From the NCBI GenBank assembly GCA_051294905.1, contig CM119371.1, positions 13,888,001 to 13,952,000 of the forward strand: a stretch of 64,000 nucleotides of DNA. The letters run 5' to 3'. Below the pieces are notes generated by a model, which saw nothing but the letters and a program-made list of their open reading frames with translations, was not told the DNA's origin and did no database searches. Every line of letters starts with the position of its first letter. Within the stretch, counting starts at the first letter, position 1. Made by a program: the position numbers and the translations under genes. This DNA comes from Botryllus schlosseri (Eukaryota). Positions 46,413 to 58,965 of this stretch are shown one piece after another.

Positions 46413-47230
46413 GATCACCAATCACCCGTAAAGGATCTATAGGCTAATAAAGATTTGTGCTGTTAAGAAAATAAACATAATTAGATATCAACTAATGTTG
46501 AGTCATGAGCAGTCGAATACAGAGATAGACATATAGCATAGTGATAAACTAAAGGTAATCAACCACATTGATTAATAATATCCAGATTTGTAACCAAGTC
46601 ACAAGGTTCCGATTCAGTGGATTCACAAGTTAATATCACTTGTAACAGTTTGCGGTCGCATTTTCAAGTATATATCAGTACTAATAGACGAAATACCCAT
46701 AGTGTTGTAACTTTAATATTCTTTAATATTACAGCAGTGGTGTAGGAGCATATGCTTCCGCTCATGGCTTTCGTTAAAAATGCAGCACAAATTTTCAAAT
46801 TGTTTCAAATCTTCAAATCTTGTCACAATGACTAAAAAAGGTCATCACCTCACATTTTGCCATCTCAAAGCAGCCTTCCGCCCGTGGCGCAGAGCCACAA
46901 GCCACTGAATCACAGTCAAATATAGGTATTGGCCTTCCGAGCGTCGAGTCACGCGAGTTGATGACATTTGGCAGACTGTATAGTTGTAGGCTACATAGAA
47001 AAGGTTGACGTCCCCTAAACTACATTATTTTATGGCCCCCTATGAATTTTTTATGAACTGGGAAACGATTAATAAATACTTCTTAGCGTTTAAAGTAGCA
47101 AGTGAAGAATATTCCGAACGATCAACAACGACAGGCCATTGATGATTACGATATCCCATATGTTGCGGCAAACATTAAGTCTCGCTTTAGGGAATTCCCG
47201 GGATAGTTTAGAAGTCGAAGATCCGTAGCG

Positions 47231-47234
<4 letters not shown>

Positions 47235-47269
<35 letters not shown>

Positions 47270-47487
47270 TCTTTTTCGCCTGCACCATCAAGATACTTGG
47301 ACTACGGAGTTGCGATACGACCGTGAGGTCACCTAGTCTGTGACTCCGTTTTATTCTCTTCCATTCTATCCGTGATTGCTGAGCGCCTAGCAGGATAGCT
47401 GCGGATACCAATTTTCAAGTCTTTGGTATGACCGGGGATCGAACCCACAACTAACCGATCAAGAAGATGGACGCATCACCATTACAC
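47235..47487 (-). mobile_element. tRNA-derived SINE (sister of 25520-25765), A box split by an insertion
   Basis: B box and core intact, (GA)n expanded. The remainder of the head lies at 49642-49660. Confidence 0.7.
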
Positions 47488-49641
47488 TAGGCCAGTGGTT
47501 CTCAACCTTTCGGACCTTGCGGCACCCTTTGGAAATGAAAAATAGTTCGCGGCACACCAACACAGTGGTTCTGAACTTTTCTGGCTTTTGGCAACTGCAA
47601 ACTACCAGAATACTTAGCAGCACTCAATTCAGTTGTAACGCTGACTAATGTGACCACCTCTGCAGTCAATACAAAATGTTTCTCTATTAAATTGAACAGT
47701 TTTAGCGAAAACAAAACAATCTATTGAATTTCATCACAAACAAGGTCAGTACGAATTTTGTGTTTCATTTCTAGTGCATTTAATTTACTGCCTGGACGCA
47801 CATTTGATAATGCTACTCCTATCTCGTCTTCAACAGCAAGTAACCTGTCACTTTTTGGTTTTTATGTTGGCCAGAACGGAAATCCGGCCTCGCACAAATA
47901 CGGCGTGGAAAATTGAAGTAAAATTACAACAGCCCTTTCTCGAATGCAAGGAAATTCCTTCTGGAATTTAATTCAACTGTCATCGAGAGCCATCTCACTG
48001 TACCATAACGTTGAGTTCCGTTATTATGGTGTGTCAATCAGCTCCTCCTCCTCTTTGAGATTTAACGTAAAGTTGGTTTCTTGAGGTAAAAATGGGTTTC
48101 TTACCCATGTATAGTTTTCTGTGATTATAGTGTTTGAAAATAAGTGTTTATATTTTCATGCAAAAATGTGAGATTCTGAACAACTCATGTCGCGATGTCC
48201 TTGTTATTAGTTTCGGAGAAATGGGAGAACTTGATACGAGATCCTGCTTCTGCTCGTACTGAACACACTTTTAATTTCTCTTGCAATGCTCTAATTTTGT
48301 CTGTTGAAGGGAAAAGATTTTATTCTTGCCTTGCATACTGAAATTAGTCTTATTTAGGGAGTCAAAGATATTTACCAAATATGCTATAATATCTCTGGAC
48401 ATGTTGCGATTAGCCTATGTCTAGGAATCGCATCATATGACATTGAAATCGTTTTCAAGTCATCTGCAGCTTTGGTCCCCAACATTTTTTTTACAATTAC
48501 AGTGCAAGGCGGGGAAATAACTTTCTCCGCTTCATTGTGAGGCTTCAAATTTTTAGCTAGTACCTCCGCCACCATATAACTGGCTTGTTGCGATCTCGTG
48601 AAAACTTATGACGTTTTGATAATAAACGAGTAAGATAATAGCCTCAGCGGCGAGAAAGTTTGTTAGCTGATAAAATTTGATCAACCTTACTACCCAATTC
48701 TCATATTCGTCTCCGTAATACAACGTTGTGCTACAAGCCTACATTTTAACGGAAATGACGGCACGCTACCTAACAATCGTAATGTGGATTGCTATGTTTG
48801 TACTTCGAATTTATAAACACGAACACTACTTCCAAAGGAATTCATTTCTCGCTGGTGATTGGAGAGACAATGAGGATTGGGAAACTGCATTAGGTACCGT
48901 CATGTCTGCTCTTCTCTGCGATCAGACAACGAATTGTGCAAAACTGAATTCAGCCTTCAAGGCACGCGATATGCCGGGTAAAGCGAATTCGCGGGAGATA
49001 TAGATTGAGTGCATAACACCAATCTTGATTTGCCAAATGTACAAACAGCACATCATGCTCGATTTAGATTATTGATCGTTTGCTGAAGATTAGAATTATT
49101 TTGCGCATAATTTCAAAATTTCGGGGAAATTGCTCGCGGCACACTTGCGAGACGCAAATGGCACACTAGTGTGCCGCGGCACACCGATTGAGAACCACTG
49201 CACTAGGCTTACCATATTTTGGAAATGTAAAAAGAGGACACTTTTTCAGAAATTTGAGACTTGCAAAGCCGGAGAAGAATTCTCAAAAACCGGTGAATTT
49301 TTCCCACTTTGTGACCGGTTGACTAAAAAGAAAGGTCATCACTTCGCGCTCGGAGCCCAAAATACCGTTTTTTTCTCCGCATTGCTAGGTGGATGACTAA
49401 AAAAAAAAAAAAGTCATCTCTCGCGCAATATAGAGTTTTTCGCTCCGAAATACCCTCCGAAGCGTCACTTCTGTGCTATTTACGGCATATCACTCGCAAT
49501 TTGCTCTAAATCTGACCTCAATTTTCAAAAAATAGGACAAAATCTCGAAAAAAAAGGACAAAAGGGCGTCCTCCGAGGACACTTTCAAAAAAGTCAAAAA
49601 AGAGGACAAATCCTCTTAAAAGAGGACGTATGGTAAGCCTA
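47488..49641. mobile_element. Blackjack-like hAT MITE interrupted in its left TIR
   Basis: Termini TAGGCTTACCATA (reassembled from 47488 and 49204) and TATGGTAAGCCTA. AGAGGACA subterminal repeats. TSD CATTACAC (47480-47487, 49642-49649). Confidence 0.85.
47493..49200 (-). mobile_element. Internally deleted Buster/Charlie hAT with decayed transposase
   Basis: TIRs CAGTGGTTCTCAA. TSD CACTAGGC. Minus-strand remnants KPHNEAEKVI...MLG, WVRNPF and FSTPYLCEAGF match Buster-type transposases. Confidence 0.9.
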
Positions 49642-50698
49642 CATTACACTATCTCGCTCGTTAGCGTTTCAGAAAGTCAAGTTGTGCAGGCGGGCTTATA
49701 GCGACTGATCCAATAATATTAATAAGTGCAGAATAAAACAAATTTTGTTGAATAATTAAACTAAGTTGGTCCAGGGTCATGAAGTAAGTGCGACCTTGTC
49801 CTGAATGATTGCTATCGATTTAACACTGATCTTTCTTCCATAGGTTGGCGCCAATTGATCACGTGCGTCGTGCATTTCTGTTCGAAGTTCGATACGAACC
49901 AGACATGGCCCTCCGTTGCTGATCAGACCATGACCACTTCCAGTCACGCCCCACGGATTGGTTTCAAAAATTATGAAGAGGGTGGAAATTCTCGTTTTTG
50001 TCTGTCTCATAGTCCCAGCAAAAATGTAAAGGCCTATAAAAATTGAGGAACTTATCGTATTTTTGCCTCCTTTTAGCATCGAGCAGGACAGGTGGGTCCT
50101 GATTTCGAAGATTACCTTAAGTCTTTTCGACAACTCTCTATCTTTCAATATCTTTCAATATCGCAGTTTCGTGGTGTATCGAAATTATGAAATTGTTAAC
50201 AATTAATTGATTTGAAAAAAGTCCCACTTCCACTACCATGTACAGTACATTGTACACACGTCACTAGATGGCGGGAATAAGTGGAAATACAAACGTGGGA
50301 TTTCCCTCGGTCGAACCATCATTCATCATCGGTCATGCTTTTCCTCCATGGTTCTGTTGTTCAGTTGAAGCAGTAGATTCAGATAAACAACCTTCTATTC
50401 GTGACAACAACAAGGATGTTACTGTCAAAAGTTGTTTTAGTTCGCACATGTCTCTAACGGCACTATGTCAATTGTGTCTAGTTGGATTCTAACTATTTCG
50501 TTGGATGAAAGGATTAGCGACCTCATGATGATGAGTTGCTGCACTTATAGAAGATCCCTTTCGGATAAGGCCTATACTTGGAAATATATCGAGTATACAT
50601 CTATTACACTGGACAAAAACGAAAATTCATTATGGTAGGTGAGAACGATTTTATGGTAAATCATGGACGGTGAGCTCGAAAATGGCATTGGTTTCTGC

Positions 50699-51123
50699 CA
50701 GGGTTGTAAACAAGTCACAAGGCTCCGAGTCAGGGGTCAATCTCACTTTTATAGTTTTGACTCGAGTCAAGTCGAGTCATTTTAAAATCACCAACGAGTC
50801 AAGTTCGATTCCAAGTCAATGAGCAGGGCGTTTAGTCAGAGTCATGGTATTATGACTCGGGTCCGAGTCCAAGTCATTGTGTTGACTGATCTTTCTCGAG
50901 TTAACGTCTTGTTAAACTCTGTTTGGTGATATTGAATGGTTCGCATTTACAATATACTAATGGCGGTATGAGTCCCGGTCTTATATGACTTGGTTCAAGT
51001 TATGCGCAATGACTCGAGTCAATAGACAGATTGACTCGAGTCGAGTCAATTCTTTGTTTTGAGAAAATGACTCGAGTCAAGTCGGGTCATAAGAAAGTCG
51101 TTACTCGAGTCATTACAACCCTG
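50699..51123. mobile_element. hAT MITE with GACTCGAGTC subterminal repeats
   Basis: TIRs CAGGGTTGTAA and TTACAACCCTG. Flanks GTTTCTGC and GTTCCTGC match at 7/8. Only the left end survives in copy 1 (28637-28700). Confidence 0.75.
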
Positions 51124-53122
51124 GTTCCTGCAGATTAGCTCTATTTTTCAAGATATCACCGAATTTGGACATTCGTATATATTTTAATTTGATTGAAACT
51201 CGGTTAAATTTTATCCTAACAGCCTATATTAAATGTGAAACCATGAGAATGTGAGAAAATGTAAAACACAATTAGATCGGCGGAACGAAACTGCTGCATA
51301 AATCTATTCTTTTCCAAATATCGAACACAAAAATACCCCATTTATCCGTATATTCCTCGGATTCTCCTAATAGATTGTAATTTGTGACAATAAGCTTCCT
51401 GTACCGATCAATGAGTTGAAGTGAACAATAATAGCAGTAATTCGGTAATAACAAATCAAGTATGCCTGAACCTACAAAAAGACAACAACTTGTAAACAGA
51501 CGAAATAAACAAGCAAGCAATATTTGTGTTTACCAAGTCATCTGCAGGAAAGTCCTGTTGTACGATTTTGATGGGGACAGATTCGCGATTGCCAGCTGGC
51601 GATAATCATTCACAATGTGAGCATCACAACTACCTTGGTATTTCTCTTCCATTTGTTTGATATATAGAAGAAAAATTCCACCTCGTTCCTTACTCGTTTA
51701 TAGCCGGATTTTAGGGTAGCCGAAGAGATGATACTGAACTTTTATGCTCATGCTTATCCTTGATCAAAGAACAATCATGACCATAACCTCCACGTTATCC
51801 TCAGAGCTTCTTTTTTGTCGTCTCAACACAAGTCAAGACCTTCATTGTTATGCTGATCTCAAGTACAAGACGTTGGTTGGTAATAATGTTGAGGAGTTTT
51901 AATGGATTTTCTACAGCATATACTATTGTCATCTACATCTACCACTACATCCTATATAGTAGCAGTACTCGAAATCAGGTCTGGCAGGGACGTAAAGCTT
52001 TCAACTGGAATTTCGGAGTAATGGGTAATTGGCTGTAAAGCAGAATCAATGTCGAAGAAGTGCTATGACTCGTAGTTTTGTTCCAACCTTACATCTCATT
52101 CATCAATCATGATGGCGGCTCTTTGGCTCGTACAAAACTACAGTGATTACAAATCGAATCATTTAGACTTTACCTTGAGTCCATAAGCGCAAACTTTTAG
52201 CCGAATGTTGGCAGGCCGTTTGCCGTGCCCGACGTTTATCTTGATCTCACAACATCATACCAAAGTGCTCCTTGTAAGTGCACTTGGTGACATTTCACGT
52301 ATGGAATTCTTCATGTTCAACGTGTTCTTGTAACATATGTAGCAAAACAAATTTATGCTATTTATCACTTACTCTGTCTATTTATCTCTGAATTTTTAAC
52401 ATATATGTTCATTAAAACACCCATGAATTGCAATTTGTGAAAATATAATAGCAAGGGACACTATCCAATATTAAAATGAGTCGGAAAGCCTGTTAAATTT
52501 GATCCGACTAATCATCGGTGTAAGATGAGTGCTATTTGACTCTTTCTGTAGAATAAATGAGGGGGGTGTTAATTGACGTAATCTGACAGAAAATTGTCTC
52601 TGAATGGTCATTTTCAGGATAAAGCTAACTATTGCTTTATCGGTGCACTGCCTACCATCGTTTCCAGTCTGGCTGACTATGAAAGAGTGAAATATGGGCC
52701 CATAACAAGCAAGCAAAGTCATTGCAACGCTGTGTCTCACTCGAGGTAGAGTACCAACAATCCTGCAAGGTTCAATTCAATTTGGTATTACTAGGTGACA
52801 CCAGCGTATCAATAACAATCGAAACTTGTGTGGGATGAAGCGATTTAGTTGATACTGAACACTTGATGACTTGACAATGACTCGTAAATTTTCCTTCGAG
52901 TCACTAGTCAATTCTCATTTCCAAAACGTACAGTCAGGTTAAGATATTCTTGCAAACTGACTCGAGTCAAGTCATGACTTGAGTCACCACAACACTGATT
53001 AATATTTGTTTATTTGTTTACTTGCAGTGTATGAATGTGGTACAATATCCGTTAATATATAATCATGTTTACTTTCAGAACAATACTAATCTCTATATAT
53101 CGCTCGCGAGTGATTGGTGATC

Positions 53123-54736
53123 ATGGTGCAGGTTTTATGTCTAGATGCGCAGAAACGTGCAGTGAAGATGATGGAGGAATTATATCGAATGAAGCAAGAT
53201 CAAGATCATTGTGATTTCATAGTTCAAGTCGGAAATGATGTCTATCACACCCACAAAAATGTATTGTCGGCAGGTTCGGATTATTTCAAAGCCATGTTGA
53301 AGTATGATACAAAAGAGAGTCGCGAAGGAAGAGTTGTTTTTAAAGATGTCGATTCTGAGTGCGTGAAAAATTGCATCGAGTCTATATATTCCAGTAAGTT
53401 TGAGATTCCTGATGGAAAAATAATTGAACTTCTCCACGTCGCTATCATGATGCAGTTGGAAGATGTAAAGAATGCTGTATCCAAAATTTTGGCGGAATCA
53501 ATTACCGTTGAGAATTACTTCTCTACAAGAAATGTTGGTGATATTTATGGACTGGATTACGTCTCTTCAAGATGCAAAATATTTTTGGACAAAAATATAG
53601 TGGAAATCGCAACCCAAGATGGAGTTAGAAGCATGGGAAAAAATTACTTTCTCAAAGTTTTGAAGTCGACATATATGGAATTATGGGAGGAAGAAAAGGT
53701 AGAGTTATCACTCAAGTGGATCGAGGGATGTGAAAATAGAATGAAATATTTATATGAATGTCTCGAATTGATAGACTTTTACAGAATCTCTCCGACGTTT
53801 TTGCAACATCTAGAAATTAACCCCATCATCAGGAATTACTGCAAGTCACACGAGCTGATCAGAAAACCTCTCCAGGAAGGGTCAGATGAAGCGGTAAAAC
53901 AGAATGAATTGATGATTCTTTTTGATTGGGAAACAGATTGCATCCGATCATTTAATCCGATTTCTGATAAAATAAGTAAGTTACACAGTGCCAGGTTTAG
54001 GCATTTCGATTTATTCAATACAATTTTACTAGACTCGTATATTTACATTTTATGCCGAAATAATTCTTTTCATCGACTCAATTTCTGAAGAAAAAATTCA
54101 GAATAGCAAAAGATGGAAGGACTGATTTGTGACCATGGGATGTTTCCATGCTTGATGTCATTGTCTGGATCCATATTTGTCATCGGAGGAAGTGATGCAA
54201 GAGAAACAGACTATGTGGAACGATTCGACCCTGCAGTCAATCATTGGTTTCAACTGCAAAACAAACCTACAGCAACTAGCGATGCACGTCTTGTAGCATT
54301 GAATGATTCTATTTATTGTATCGGAGGTCGGGAAAATGGTTACCAAGGCTCCTAACTCTGCAGATTTACTCCATCTAAATCAGAGTGGTTTGACCTCGAA
54401 AAGATGAGGTATCCTGTACGTGTGAATCGCTGCAGTGCTGTTGCAGTTGATCAGGAGATATTTGTCATCGGTGGGGGGAATGGAGATGAGACCATCAATA
54501 ACGTAGAGTGTTACAATGTTACTTCAGCTCAGTGGACTTCATTGTCATGGACATATAAATGTCTTTGTTGCGTTGCTGCTGCTTACGCAACTGGCAAATG
54601 GATTTTTGTAGTAGACCAGTCTTACGACTCTACTGATATTAAGAAGTATGATTTATCAAACAACAAATGGTATAACATCGATCTGAAAGTACATGAATAT
54701 CCCACGTTGTGTGGCTTTGCAAAGGTCAATGTATAG
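53123..54736 (+). pseudogene. BTB-BACK-Kelch gene C2 with three in-frame premature stops
   Basis: ORF pieces 53114, 54113 and 54404 share one frame. TGA 54086-54088, TAG 54104-54106 and TAA 54353-54355 sit at codons that are sense in the paralogs. Confidence 0.92.
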
Positions 54737-55343
54737 TAGAGTGGTTCAAAAATAACGTATTGATCAGATTTTGGCGGCTATAAACATACTGTTAAATTGT
54801 CTGGTTGGCTAAAAAAAACTTTCACACCAAGTTTGGTTCCATTTCAATGAGTGGACGTGAAGCTATAAGAGTTTGTAAATTTTGAATTTATTCTATTTTC
54901 AAATTTAACCCTTGACATTGGTAAGTTATCTACAAAAACTAAGCATAACTAATTTGAGTCAATCCAGCTCGTTGAAGTGCAGCTATTAAAAGTTTTTCAT
55001 TAGTAATTCTTACATTTTCCACAGTAAATACTGTTAGGGATAGCCTACTATTTTTTTAAATCCAAGATTTTCAACTCCGATAATTCTGCATCTACTAGTT
55101 GTAATTATGACAAATTTGTTGTGTTTCTTTCTATTGGACGGATATATAATTCAATGGGGTAAACAGTCGAGTTCTCTGGAAAATAATAGTATATTTTTAT
55201 AGTAAATTCTATTGTAAATTCAAACTTTTCCAATACTAATAGCTTCACTTCTGCATGTTGGAATTCAGTCTAGTGAGTCAACCTAACAATTTTAGCTAAT
55301 AGCTGTGAAAATCTGAAAAAAAAAGTTATTTTGAACAACCCTA
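54737..55343. mobile_element. 607-bp hATm-related MITE inserted at the C2 stop codon
   Basis: Termini TAGAGTGGTTCAAAA and TTTTGAACAACCCTA. Flanks ATGTATAG and ATGGATAG match at 7/8. Empty site after C1 (TTGTATAGTCTCAGAGG at ~31012). Confidence 0.85.
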
Positions 55344-55635
55344 ATGGATAGTCACGGAGGTTGTCAATGAAGCCAACTGTCCTACTTGAGTACAAATCTT
55401 TGACCGCTCACATCAAAAGTTTCCAAACGTAGATCTCGTTAAGTACTCGCACACTTTTTGTAGTTAATGTGAGGTGGCCACCACTTTAGACGTTTAGAGT
55501 TGTATCTTCAAGACTAACTCGAAATGTATGATGAAACCATGAATTGTTACATTTTACAACTTGAAATGTGACCATTATGATCAGTAAGCAACAGTGAACC
55601 GAGTTCTCCTGAATTAAGAGGCCTACACCTACAGT

Positions 55636-56145
55636 CAGTGTTGTAATCAAGTCATGAGTCAATTCTACTATCACAGTTTTGACTCGAGCCAAGTTGACTG
55701 ATTTTCACACTTCACCACCAAGTCAATTCCTAGTTTAAGTAAGGATTCGAGTCCGAGTCATAGTATTGTGACTCGGGTCCAACTCATTGTGTTCATTTTC
55801 GAATTTAATGCTGTTCAATTTAAATTCTACAACTGTGATCGAGTTACGTTGAATGCCTCGTATTTATATTATACCAAGTTTTCCTCACACAGTTTCAACA
55901 GTTTCTGGCCCTATTTTCAAGTATCAGGACTAATAGACGAAATACCAATAGTGTGGTAGCTTTACTTTTCTTGGAAATTACAATCAAATGTCGGTCATGG
56001 CTGTTCCAGCCTCGCGTACAAGTCGAGTCAATGCACAGATTGACTCATGTCGGGTCATTTCCCGTATTTTGAGAAAATGACTCAAGTCAAGTTGAGTCAC
56101 CAAGAAATAGTAAGTTGAGTCATGGCTCGAGTCATTACAATCCTG
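55636..56145. mobile_element. Older GACTCGAGTC-family MITE copy
   Basis: CAGTGTTGTAAT...ATTACAATCCTG termini and GAGTC repeats. No TSD recognised. Confidence 0.5.
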
Positions 56146-57325
56146 GAATTACCCACCTCGGGCGATATGTTGTTTGAGCCGATTGGCAAACGTTAATCAA
56201 AGCATGTCAGCATTAATCTGAGCAAGCTTTCGGCTATTGTAGGCAAAATGCATATGAGCTTATCATCATCCAAAGTTGACTCTCTCATACATGTAAAGTC
56301 TTGTAACAATTCAACGCTTTTTAGGAATGTTGTTATAGTTTCACACTTTCCTGTTTTATATGTTTACTATTCATGTCATTTGTCATTCATCTCTGTCAGC
56401 TTTTGTGCCTGCGATCTGACTTGCAATAATATTGAACCTTAATTCATACTTGTACACATGCTTCGAATTACTCTGTATGTTACGGTAATCCTACACTTGC
56501 AGGTCCAATTTTACCTTATTTCTATTTTTCTTTCTTCCAGAGATACAACTAGTCATATGCCACTCTAGGTCTATGTTCCATCTCTGCTGTATGATTGGGA
56601 TTCTTCAACGAATTTTTGAGATGTTAGTCAAGATTTAACGGATTCGTTCTTTCAAATACACAGCTGTCAAAATTCACTCAGCATGGAAACAAGAGCAAGT
56701 TTCACATTAAGCTGTCATGAGTCAATATTTCAAATCCTATTCACTTTGTTTTGATTTTCCATTATATTGAGCAAAACCCATATGGTCACACCAGCTGGTC
56801 TGATGTTAATGTTGTCAATAAATCAGGATTTTTTAATCTGAATTTGGACACAATTGTAGCTTAGGACCATCTGATCACACTAGGCTGCCTGAAGTCAGTT
56901 TTGGCTAAAGATGTGAATATTTGTATTTAGCCACACCAGTGGAAGAGTGCCCATCTAGTCACACCAGCTGGTCTGACGTTAGTGTTGGCAAAAACTATGA
57001 ATTTCTGTATTTTGAGTTCGCCACACATGTAGGGAATCTGGACCGGATATTTGTATTTTGCTGCAATGGCGGTGGACTCTACAGTACATTTTGACCATTT
57101 CTCTGGTCATTTGCAATGTGTGTCTTTTGCAATATCGCGGACTCTTCATGATTATTACAGTATTGGTATATCCGTGTCGAGTGTAGTTGAATCAGTCAAA
57201 TACTGTTATTGCACAATAACATGCAATTTATGTGATACTTATGGTTATTCATACTACTGTCAAAACATTATGCCTCCGATTCTATTTTTATAGCATATAC
57301 TTAATCAGTGGTCACTTTATCTATC

Positions 57326-58965
57326 ATGATGCAAAATGTATGTTTGGATGCAGAGAAGCACGCAGTGTCTATGATGTCTGAATTGCATCGAATGAAGCAA
57401 GATAACAATCATTGTGATTTCATAATTCAAGTTGGAGATGATATCTACCGTACCCACAAAAATGTATTGTCGGCCGGTTCCGCATATTTCAGAGCAATGT
57501 TAAAATACGACACAACAAAGGGTCGCGAAGGAAAAGTTGTTCTCAAAGATGTGGATTCTCAGTGCGTGAAAATTTGCATCGATTTTATATATATTCCGCA
57601 AACTTCCAGATTCCTGATGGAAAAATCATAGACCTTCTTCATGTTGCAATCATGATGCAGTTGGAAGGTGTGATGCAAGCCTTATCCAATATTTTGGCGG
57701 AATCAAATACCGTTGAGAATTACTTCTCAACCAGAAATGTTGGTGATATTTATGGACTGGCGGATGTTTCTTCGAGATGCAGAATATTTTTAGGAGAACA
57801 CAACATGGAAATCGCAAACCAAGATGGATTTGGAGCTCTTGAAAAATATGACCTTCTCAGTCTTATGAAGTCGGGAAAATTGAAATTATGCGAAGAAGAA
57901 AAGCTTATGTTATCCCTCAAGTGGATCGACAAATGTCAAAGCAATAGCGAATGTTTGCAAGAATATCTCGAAGTAATCAAGTTCGATCAAATCTCACCGG
58001 TGTATTTGCAAGGGGTTTTAGAAACTCACCCCCGTATAAGTAACGATTTCGAGCTGTACAAGTTGATAAATAGACATATTCGTAAAGCTTCGGTCGAGGC
58101 AAAAGAAGAAAGTGATTCCGATAAATTGATAATTCTTTTGGATTTGGGCCGAAAACGGCTGCGATCCTTCAACCCAATAACCGAGGAAGTAGAAAAGTTC
58201 CATGATGCAAAGATTAAGTTCTCGTCGCCTTTTACAGCGACTTCCCTTGACTCGTACATTTATGTCGTATGTGAGAAGAAATCTGTCTATCGTCTCAATT
58301 TTCTTGACAAATATTCGAAATGGGAAAAAATGGACAGTATGATTTGCAACCATGGTATCTTTCCTCGCTTGATTTGTGCGACAGGATCCATATTCGTCAT
58401 TGGAGGAGGCTATCCTACCGCAACGACTGATGTGGAAAGATTTGACCCATCTGTAAATCGATGGATTCAACTGGAAAATAAACCATCGGCAATTTGTGAT
58501 ACAAGTCTCATATCATTGGATGATTCAATATATTGTGTGGGAGGTGGAGGACAAGATGGCGCTCAAGTTTCTGCATTCTGCAAGTACACTCCATCGTCAT
58601 CAGAGTGGGTTGACCTCGAACAGATTAAATATCCTGTGGCTAGGTGTGGTGTTGTTGCTGTTGATCGAAAGATATTTGTTATCGGTGGGTGGAATAGAAG
58701 AGCGAGTCTCAATAACATGGAATGTTACGACGTTACTTCGGCACAGTGGTCTTCGTTGTCGTCGATGAATTCTTATTGCTGTTGGCCTTCCGCGTATCAA
58801 ATCGGCAACTGGATTTATGCAGTAGATTGGAACGGCTATGTTCGTATTGAGAAGTATGATTTATCGCACAAAAAATGGTATAACGTGGAATTGAATGGGG
58901 ATCAATCTATCTTGGGCTTCGGATCTGCAATTGTGTGGGTAAAGTCACAGAGGATGTCAAGGTAG
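57326..58965 (+). pseudogene. BTB-BACK-Kelch gene A3, frameshifted in the BTB domain
   Basis: +2 (AT)4 expansion at ~57587-57594 separates ORF 57308-57631 from ORF 57562-58965. The rest of the gene is open. Confidence 0.9.

Larger units (their letters stand above)
35188..58140 (+). repeat. Tandem segmental duplication, copy 2
   Basis: Collinear with 10245-35187 once copy-specific TE insertions are removed. Confidence 0.85.
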
